Shown: positions 57,409 through 64,000 of the stretch, piece after piece | How the letters are laid out: the number at the start of each line of letters is the position of its first letter | Position numbering within the stretch: position 1 is the stretch's first letter | From: a virus | Lineage: Duplodnaviria > Caudoviricetes | DNA: 64,000 nucleotides | Strand: one strand, 5' to 3' | Virus record (IMG/VR): IMGVR_UViG_2919414237_000001 | Location: 3,338-67,337 of that record | Translations under genes and position numbers: made by a program | Notes under the pieces: generated by a model | What the model was told of the DNA's origin: nothing | What the model saw: only the letters and a program-made list of their open reading frames with translations | Databases searched by the model: none

Positions 57409-58152
57409 CTATCGCCTCCCACGAAAACTATTCCCGCTGAAATGCAACACCGCGCACATATCGCGCATCCGATCGTAAAGCCTAGCGTCAAACACGACAG
57501 CCATCTCCTCAATCGGCAAATTCGATGTGAAAACGGTGGGCAGTCCGTTAGCCGTCCGATAATTCACAATCGCATGCACATACGAGCGAAACGCCTCACT
57601 GGCCGACCGGACCCCGATATCATCGAGCACCGCAAAAGGCGCCGTCTGTGTCCGCTGAATCGTTGCACGGATTTTCGCCATTTCCGCGTCGTCGTTCGTC
57701 ATTGTTGCGAGATTGTAGTCGGTCTGAAAGTTATTCGTGTCTAAAAATACCGCTGGTACTTGCGAAGGTTGCCTATTCCTGCGCAAGGCTCCTAAATAGC
57801 TTGCGATAATCCATTCGTTCATAACGCTGATCGCTGATGTCGTTTTCCCATTTCCGGGACTTTCGCTCCACATATAAATCGATTTAATTCTCGACGCCCC
57901 TTCGTCAAATTGCCGTTCGAACGTGGAGCAGTATTTTTCTAATGTCGCGTATATCTTTGCCTGACTTTCGCGAGCTGGCGAATTCTTTAGCGTTAATAAT
58001 TTATAATCGTCCGGTGCTCCCGCGTTTGCAATCCGCCCGCCCTTGCCGGAATATCCGTGAAGACTGATATATGCGGAACATTGACGGTTACATTGCGCAG
58101 AGCTGGCGAGTTTGCACCGCGATGATAAGATGCAGTTATTTGCGTGTGACAT
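57409..58152 (-). CDS. dnaC: DnaC/IstB-like helicase loader ATPase
   Basis: PGNGKTT; VLDDIG; VFTSNL; RLYDRM. Confidence 0.9.
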   Translation of the reverse strand: MSHANNCILSSRCKLASSAQCNRQCSAYISLHGYSGKGGRIANAGAPDDYKLLTLKNSPARESQAKIYATLEKYCSTFERQFDEGASRIKSIYMWSESPGNGKTTSAISVMNEWIIASYLGALRRNRQPSQVPAVFLDTNNFQTDYNLATMTNDDAEMAKIRATIQRTQTAPFAVLDDIGVRSASEAFRSYVHAIVNYRTANGLPTVFTSNLPIEEMAVVFDARLYDRMRDMCAVLHFSGNSFRGRR

Positions 58153-58227
58153 CCGATTCCTCCTTTACTTTCAGTAAGTTTGACGGAGGTACTTGCCGGT
58201 GCGCTCCGTCTTATAGGAAATGTCTGC

Positions 58228-59007
58228 CTACCGCGTTTCTAATTCGTTTTTTAAGCGTTTGTTGGCGATTTCTACGTATGTTAGTTCGGTTTCAAAGCCG
58301 ATAAAGTTGCGATTTGTTCTAACGCAAGCTACAGCTGTAGTTCCGCTGCCCATACAATTATCCAGGACGATATCCTCTTCGTTTGAATATGTGCGGATCA
58401 GATACTCAAATAGAGCCACCGGCTTTTGTGTTGGATGTACCTTTTTATCTTTTCGGCTATTCCCGTTCGGAAATTCTATGATTGTCTTTGGGTATCGTAG
58501 ATTATTTTCTTGTTTAATTCCGCCATTTACCGTTCCATATACAGTATCTTCTTTATGAGTTCTCCGTTTTCCATTTTTTCTGATTCTGTAGTCATCCTCC
58601 GCCAACACTTCCATTTGCGGATTATATGTTACTCTGTTTTTACTGAAAACTAAAACGGATTCATGCAATCGCATCGGTGCATACTTTGCAGACAAATGAC
58701 CAGTCGGGTTCTTTTTATTCCAAATCCATTCGTGGCGAAATAAGTCCGGGCTACTCATAACTAGAGCGCTTGTAAACGGCTGTGCTGCCGTTAGTACAAT
58801 TGCGCCGCTGTCCTTAATGATCCGATTGTATTGCTCCCATAACGGTTCAAATGGTATTACCGTATCCCACTTACATGCGGTCGTACCATAAGGAAGGTCG
58901 CATAATATCATATCGATTGATTTATCCGGAATCTGCTTCATTCCCTCTATACAATCCCACTGGTAAACTCTATTTAGTTCTAAACGTCCGAGTAATTGGT
59001 TTCTCAT
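58228..59007 (-). CDS. DNA amino-methyltransferase (N6A/N4C, beta class)
   Basis: CDLPYG; HPTQKP; LDNCMGSGTT; start at 59007. Confidence 0.93.
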   Translation of the reverse strand: MRNQLLGRLELNRVYQWDCIEGMKQIPDKSIDMILCDLPYGTTACKWDTVIPFEPLWEQYNRIIKDSGAIVLTAAQPFTSALVMSSPDLFRHEWIWNKKNPTGHLSAKYAPMRLHESVLVFSKNRVTYNPQMEVLAEDDYRIRKNGKRRTHKEDTVYGTVNGGIKQENNLRYPKTIIEFPNGNSRKDKKVHPTQKPVALFEYLIRTYSNEEDIVLDNCMGSGTTAVACVRTNRNFIGFETELTYVEIANKRLKNELETR

Positions 59008-59220
59008 TTGTACCTCCTTCGATTTATCCTCGTAGTGTGACATTAATTAATTAAGAATAATGTCACTTATTTCATGTAATGCATTTGAGTAATGACTAGA
59101 TTCCAATACTTTTTCTATATCCTTCAATTTCTTTTCATACAGTTCAATCCTATCTTGCTGAGATTTTACCGTATTTTTCAATGCTTCAATAATTCGATTT
59201 TTGGATTCTAAATTCACTTT

Positions 59221-59442
59221 TCATTTCTCCTTTCGTTCGATCAATCGGTATTGAGATGTCGGAAATCTGAAATAACGTTCGCCATCCCTTACATCTATAT
59301 CGCCATTATTGTGGACGTTATCTACTTCGAAAATGCCTACATATGACACGTAAACTAAATCGTATATAGTCGGCATTCTATCGGTTATCCTATCGTATTT
59401 AGCGAATACGTAACGCCAGTCTTGCGTTCTTTCTACCAACAT
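59221..59442 (-). CDS. Hypothetical protein
   Basis: GGAGG RBS. Confidence 0.6.
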   Translation of the reverse strand: MLVERTQDWRYVFAKYDRITDRMPTIYDLVYVSYVGIFEVDNVHNNGDIDVRDGERYFRFPTSQYRLIERKEK

Positions 59443-59454
59443 CTTTAAACCTCC

Positions 59455-59859
59455 TTATAACCAATCGTCAATCGCTTCGTTCTCAACTTCCGCCCGCATC
59501 TGCGATTCCTTTACCGCCTGCCTCCGCCGTTCCGACGCCACCACCCGCGCCCACACATCCGTCTTCCATTTCCAAAACCACGTAAAGCTAACGGTCGGCC
59601 ATTGTGGTGTGCATCGGTGCGTCCGGAAGCATTCGTCTATAAACGCTTTGACCACTTCCGGCTCATACTTGCGAGGCTTGGCGTTCTTGCCTTTCGTGCC
59701 GATTAGCGTTCCGATTAATCCTCTTTCGACTTGCCAGTTTCGACCTGGCGGTGTGTATTCCGTGCCATAGACTGCGAGATGCCTGTCGCAAAGGTATGCG
59801 ATAAAATCATTCGTTGACCACTTGGCGACGGGCTTTTCGTTATAGGTCGCTTTGGCCAT
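59455..59859 (-). CDS. Conserved phage replication-region protein
   Basis: WSTNDFIAYL; VVKAFIDECF; ends IDDWL; near the DnaC-like loader. Confidence 0.7.
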   Translation of the reverse strand: MAKATYNEKPVAKWSTNDFIAYLCDRHLAVYGTEYTPPGRNWQVERGLIGTLIGTKGKNAKPRKYEPEVVKAFIDECFRTHRCTPQWPTVSFTWFWKWKTDVWARVVASERRRQAVKESQMRAEVENEAIDDWL

Positions 59860-60064
59860 TCCGCAACGCCTCCCTCGCGATATCTCTGCAATAGTGCTCG
59901 TGATAAGATTCGCCTGTATCTGCGATGTCCTCTAACGCACCCCTTAACCGCTCAATCTCCGCAAGCAACTTCGGCACGTCTTCTTCAACGATAAATATCG
60001 CCTCATCCGTAGTCGCTGCCTCCGCTCGCTTGCGAATTTCCGCTAATTCCTCCGGCCTCATCAT
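59840..60064 (-). CDS. Hypothetical protein
   Basis: EIRKRAEAAT...DVPKLLAEIERL motif. Confidence 0.65.
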   Translation of the reverse strand: MMRPEELAEIRKRAEAATTDEAIFIVEEDVPKLLAEIERLRGALEDIADTGESYHEHYCRDIAREALRNGQSDL

Positions 60065-60243
60065 CGTTCAACCTCCAGTATTTTAATTTCGTTCTCCATT
60101 TCCGCAAGCCTCCCGAACCGATAGCCCTCGATTAAAACGTGAATTTCGTGCTCGGTCAGCTTGCGTTGCCATTTCGTCTGCAAATAGTCGATGACTTCGT
60201 TATAAAAAATTCGATCGTATTCGAATGGCTGGCGCTCCATCAC
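60061..60243 (-). CDS. Hypothetical protein
   Basis: Coupled to neighbours; RBS. Confidence 0.6.
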   Translation of the reverse strand: MMERQPFEYDRIFYNEVIDYLQTKWQRKLTEHEIHVLIEGYRFGRLAEMENEIKILEVER

Positions 60244-60387
60244 GCCCCCACCTCCGGCAACTTAATATCGAGAATCCGCAGCGCCTCTTTAAAGCCGTCA
60301 ATCGTGCCTTGCGTATATTCATCGGCAGGCGCTTCGGTTAAATAACGCAGATACTTCGTCAGTGTTGCGACAAGGGCTGGCGATAAG

Positions 60388-60717
60388 TTATTCATCCGCA
60401 TTCACCCCGGCGATTTTGATTCCGAGTAGGTCGAGCGTGTGTTCAACGCATGTTTTTTCGGCCGCGTAGTAAAGATTTTCGTAATACTCGCGCACCTTAT
60501 CTTCCGGCGACTTCTCGATTTGGTATCCGCAAATCAGCGCCTCCATTAATAAATCGTAGTCGCCGTCGAAATGGCGCAAGATGATTTCGGACTGTTCCGT
60601 TTCGTAGCCTAGCGATAGGATGTCCGTGAGAGCCTCCGTTTTGGTGTCGGCTAGGTTGACGAAGTGGGCGATGGCGGTGGCTACGGACGGTGGGACAGTT
60701 ACTTTTGCGTTGTTCAT
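60388..60717 (-). CDS. DUF1642-like hypothetical protein
   Basis: KVTVPPSVATAI; LMEALICGYQIE. Confidence 0.65.
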   Translation of the reverse strand: MNNAKVTVPPSVATAIAHFVNLADTKTEALTDILSLGYETEQSEIILRHFDGDYDLLMEALICGYQIEKSPEDKVREYYENLYYAAEKTCVEHTLDLLGIKIAGVNADE

Positions 60718-60732
60718 TGCGATTCCTCCTTT

Positions 60733-60933
60733 TTAGTCAATATCATTAACATGCGGAAACATGTTCTCATCAAACGAAATGCTGACGAAATAATATTCGT
60801 CCTTATTAACTCTTGCGTTAGTCATGGCGCTTTTTAAGAAGTTGAGTTTCGGATAGCCGATGTGCGTTCTTTGTTTCTTTCCGCCAAAGAATTCACCGGT
60901 CTTTTTATTTACCGCCATATAGCATTTATCCAT
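60733..60933 (-). CDS. Hypothetical protein
   Basis: AAGGAG RBS. Confidence 0.6.
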   Translation of the reverse strand: MDKCYMAVNKKTGEFFGGKKQRTHIGYPKLNFLKSAMTNARVNKDEYYFVSISFDENMFPHVNDID

Positions 60934-61020
60934 TTTCGCTAATCTCCTTTTGCATAATCTTTTAATATTTATTAATCGTAATTGCGTATTTGCGTTAGCG
61001 AATATGCAATAATCTTTTGT

Positions 61021-61131
61021 TTCTCTTTTACGTATTTCTCTTTTACTACTTTCTCTTTTTACAGTGCGACCAGGTCATACGATGGATAGTGCGGTCTAAT
61101 CACACTACCGTTAGTGCGGTCTGGTCACACT
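61021..61131. repeat. Candidate replication origin: 3 x TTCTCTTTT (15-bp period) plus 3 x AGTGCG...TCA(C/T)AC (25-bp period)
   Basis: Repeats start at 61021/61036/61051 and 61063/61088/61113; AT-rich flank. Confidence 0.7.
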
Positions 61132-61176
61132 AAGCGTCATATCAACGTTTCTGACGCCTTATCTTCGAAATGCGAA

Positions 61177-61362
61177 TTACTGCCAATCCTCTAAATTTGT
61201 TTCAACACCGTTTTCCTTTACCGCAAACCACATATGATAATTTTCGAAAAACCATTCTTTTATATCATTTAAAACTTGTTCTTTTGAAGGTTCTTGCCTA
61301 TACGCTTTTGGAGTTGTAACGCGTATCCCATCAACTTCAAAAACAAAAACTTTGTTTATCAT
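61177..61362 (-). CDS. Hypothetical protein
   Basis: GGAGG places the start at MINKV (61362). Confidence 0.55.
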   Translation of the reverse strand: MINKVFVFEVDGIRVTTPKAYRQEPSKEQVLNDIKEWFFENYHMWFAVKENGVETNLEDWQ

Positions 61363-61511
61363 TCGACTACCCTCCGATTTTTGTGCCTTAAATACTGTTT
61401 TAAATCTAATAACCCACAACCTAATATTTGTAGTGAAAATATGATAAATATCCCTAATACAAAACGCCATTCATTATCCATTTTCACAATCTCCTTATTT
61501 CACATTTTCCA

Positions 61512-62060
61512 TCAAGTACGCTTTTTCTTCGATTGATACGCTGAAAAGTCCGGTTTTACAATTTCACCAAACTCATTTACGATGTAGCCGTCGTCAGTAA
61601 TCCTCGGACAGTAAGACGGAAAGTACCATTTAAAACGCTTTGTCCCTTCGTAATGCCCTGTTGTGCGAATAACTCCGTTAGTTTCGAGAACGTTCGCCAG
61701 CAAATTGATTCGGCTTCGGTCAATCCGCAAATGCTCCTGAATCGTTTCGTAGTTTAAAAAGCAAGCGCCGAAGCGATCGTTCAAACTTCCGTCAGCTCTT
61801 TTGTGATTCCCGTCGATGTATGACTGTAGTAGGAAGTAAAACGCCACCACATCGCGAATCTCCGGCTTGCGTTTGTAATCCGCATAAACTACGTCGAGCG
61901 CTTCGTTAATGATGCGTGGAAATACCTTCCGCATAAGTTCTCTGTTATATACTTCGAAGCCTTGTTCATTGTCTAGTAATATCGATTTGTCATTCGGCAA
62001 TGGTTTGCGGTGTCTCTGCGGTTGGTCATCCGAATTGTTGAACGCCAATACATTCGACAT
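61512..62060 (-). CDS. Winged-HTH protein, putative replication initiator
   Basis: FGACFLNYETIQEHLRIDRSRINLLANVLETNGVI wHTH; upstream of the iteron-like array. Confidence 0.6.
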   Translation of the reverse strand: MSNVLAFNNSDDQPQRHRKPLPNDKSILLDNEQGFEVYNRELMRKVFPRIINEALDVVYADYKRKPEIRDVVAFYFLLQSYIDGNHKRADGSLNDRFGACFLNYETIQEHLRIDRSRINLLANVLETNGVIRTTGHYEGTKRFKWYFPSYCPRITDDGYIVNEFGEIVKPDFSAYQSKKKRT

Positions 62061-62102
62061 TTATTCGCCTCCTTTATTTATTTCGAAGGGTACCACCCTT
62101 AC

Positions 62103-62137
62103 ACTATATAATAGGAACGCCAAATCATTCTCGCGCA
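62103..62137 (-). promoter_or_regulatory. 35-bp TGCGCGA-anchored motif, copy 5
   Basis: ACTATATAATAGGAA-N13-TCGCGCA. Confidence 0.65.
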
Positions 62138-62166
62138 CTTTTTCGCAAAAAAATAACGCCGCCTCA

Positions 62167-62331
62167 TCAGCGCCGCTTGTAGCAGTTTCTTATTGCCTCC
62201 GTTATCTCTTTAATGACTGGATTGCCTTTCGCCTTTTCTTCCTCGAATAGTTTTCGTCTTTCTTCCGAAGACATTAACGGTAATGTTGAATGAATAATTA
62301 CGGTTGTATCCCCTGACTTGTACTTATACAC
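62167..62331 (-). CDS. Small protein (54 aa) divergent from the integrase
   Basis: GAGGAG with GTG; MYKYKSGDTTVIIHS...; not in the ORF track. Confidence 0.6.
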   Translation of the reverse strand: MYKYKSGDTTVIIHSTLPLMSSEERRKLFEEEKAKGNPVIKEITEAIRNCYKRR

Positions 62332-62345
62332 GTTTATCACTCCTC

Positions 62346-62380
62346 AATATATAATAGGAATCTATTTGAAGAGTCGCGCA
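62346..62380 (-). promoter_or_regulatory. 35-bp TGCGCGA-anchored motif, copy 6
   Basis: AATATATAATAGGAA-N13-TCGCGCA. Confidence 0.65.
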
Positions 62381-62440
62381 GTAGAATTATAGTTTACTTC
62401 ATGTGTAGTGGCGATTATAATACGTGTAGAGGTGAGTTGT

Positions 62441-64000
62441 ATGAGTCGTCCTACGGACCAATCAATTTATATTTATTTACGTAAGAGCCGCAAAGATATT
62501 GAAGAAGAGAAAAAAGCTGTTGAAACGGGCGAAACTTTCGACACCCTTGAACGTCACCGTAAAACACTACTTTCAGTTGCAAAGAAAGAACGACACACCA
62601 TCGTTAAAATATTCGCTGAAGTTGTGTCGGGCGAATCCGTGACAGAGCGCCCTGAAATTCAATTTTTGTTGCGAGAGTTAGAGATTAATCCAGTTGATGC
62701 GGTATTAGTGATGGACCTAGACCGTCTAGGACGTGGCGATATGCTCGATCAAGGATTACTCGACAGAGCATTCCGGTATTCTGGAACGAAAATAATTACG
62801 CCGACCGAGATATACGACCCTGCGTCCGAAACTTGGGAATTAGTTTTTGGTATCAAGTCGCTAGTCGCCCGCGAAGAATTAAAAGCCATCACGCGCCGTA
62901 TGCAACGAGGCAGAGTTGCTTCAGCTAGTGAAGGTAAGTCAATTAGCAAGGTTCCTCCGTATGGGTATAACCGTAATGAAAATTTAAAACTTAAGCCCGA
63001 TCCGGAAACAGCGTGGGTCGTAAAGAAAATGTTCGAAATGATGCGCGACGGGCATGGTCGCCAATTTATTGCGCAAGAATTAGACAGGTTAGGAATTAAA
63101 CCACCAAATCCTAAACGAAAAACTTGGTCGCCGAGTAGCATTACCGCAATAATTAAGAACGAGGCTTACATCGGTTCGATTATATGGGGACAAGTCGATT
63201 ATGTTAAACGAAACGGTAAATACCAAAAAAAGAAACTGCCTCGAGAAAGGTGGACCATAAAAGAAAACGCTCATGAACCGCTAGTGTCCCGTGACCTATT
63301 CGAAGCTGCTAATAAAGCACATTCGGGGCGGTGGCGCCCTTCTACAGTGACCAATAAACGACTCTCTAACACATTAGCCGGCATATTAAAGTGTGAAATA
63401 TGTGGGTATACAATGATGTACCAGCCACGCCCTGATCGTCCTCATGATTTTATAAGATGCACGCAACCAGGCTGTAAAGGCGTACAACGCGGAGCGACTT
63501 TTGAACTGGTTGAAAACAAAATAATAGAAGCATTAGAAAAAATGTATTACGAATTAGTCGATATAACCCATTCGGATGACCCTACAGAAAATACGGATAT
63601 TCCATATAAAAGGGTATTAATTGAAAAGAAAAAAGAAGAAGTGTCAGCATTAAAAATACAAAAAAGTAACTTACATGATTTTCTCGAAAGAGGGATTTAC
63701 GATATAGATACTTTTATGGAACGACAAGATAATTTAGTTAAACGTATTGACACATTAAGTAATGAAATTCACACCCTTGAAGACGAGATAGAAAGAGAAG
63801 AATCTCGCAATTCTGTAATAGATCAATATTTACCAGAATTAAAAAACGTTCTTCAGGCTTATTCCGAAACAGAGGATGCAGAGCGAAAAAACGCATTATT
63901 AAAAACAGTAGTTGAAAAAGTTACTTACTTACGAAAAACAGATTGGCATAGGCGCGAAGAGTTTGAAATCCAAATTTACCCTAAGTTTAGGCCGTCATAG
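62441..64000 (+). CDS. Large serine recombinase (integrase)
   Basis: YLRKSR, EVVSG, DLDRLGRG, PPYGY, LAGILKCEICG Zn ribbon, coiled coil; GAGGTG RBS places the start at 62441. Confidence 0.95.
   Translation: MSRPTDQSIYIYLRKSRKDIEEEKKAVETGETFDTLERHRKTLLSVAKKERHTIVKIFAEVVSGESVTERPEIQFLLRELEINPVDAVLVMDLDRLGRGDMLDQGLLDRAFRYSGTKIITPTEIYDPASETWELVFGIKSLVAREELKAITRRMQRGRVASASEGKSISKVPPYGYNRNENLKLKPDPETAWVVKKMFEMMRDGHGRQFIAQELDRLGIKPPNPKRKTWSPSSITAIIKNEAYIGSIIWGQVDYVKRNGKYQKKKLPRERWTIKENAHEPLVSRDLFEAANKAHSGRWRPSTVTNKRLSNTLAGILKCEICGYTMMYQPRPDRPHDFIRCTQPGCKGVQRGATFELVENKIIEALEKMYYELVDITHSDDPTENTDIPYKRVLIEKKKEEVSALKIQKSNLHDFLERGIYDIDTFMERQDNLVKRIDTLSNEIHTLEDEIEREESRNSVIDQYLPELKNVLQAYSETEDAERKNALLKTVVEKVTYLRKTDWHRREEFEIQIYPKFRPS

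Larger units (their letters stand above)
1..64000. mobile_element. Temperate prophage with contractile tail; extends beyond the left edge, right att site not visible
   Basis: Complete ordered set of integrase, regulation, replication, packaging, head, tail and lysis genes; no host housekeeping genes seen. Confidence 0.97.

Noticed and set aside
909-63274. Numerous antisense or nested ORFs in the supplied track (e.g. 12637-13398, 30804-31388, 50934-51443, 53488-53988)
   Set aside because: They are shadows of well-supported opposite-strand genes, without RBS or motifs.
62060-64000. attachment site next to the integrase
   Set aside because: The integrase stop is the last codon of the window and no host junction is visible, so att cannot be located.

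Overview
The whole window is one large temperate prophage of a Bacillaceae-type host, read almost entirely on the minus strand. It is cut off on the left, and its large serine recombinase ends exactly at base 64000. From right to left it carries: the integrase; an early/replication region (initiator-like wHTH with a repeat-rich origin candidate, DnaC-like loader, DnaB helicase, primase); a switch region with two XRE regulators, an arbitrium aimR-aimP pair and a phage sigma factor; ssb, family A DNA polymerase, RuvC and a dNTP-supply cassette (intein-containing class II RNR, dCMP deaminase, dUTPase, ThyX, dNMP kinase, thioredoxin); four orphan DNA methyltransferases; a terL gene split by an ORF-less group I intron; head genes and a PBSX (xkd)-like contractile tail; a lysis cassette; and a post-lysis accessory module. 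The most interesting unexplained signals are: (1) a ~665-nt ORF-free, highly base-paired region upstream of ssb that looks like a large structured RNA; (2) an AimP precursor encoding SDKVGG twice with every codon changed; (3) a sigma factor gene in the position where aimX normally lies, together with a 35-bp TGCGCGA-anchored motif found upstream of six minus-strand starts; (4) a protein with 13 copies of a 14-aa repeat in the post-lysis module. All family assignments come from motif recognition by eye; no database search was run.
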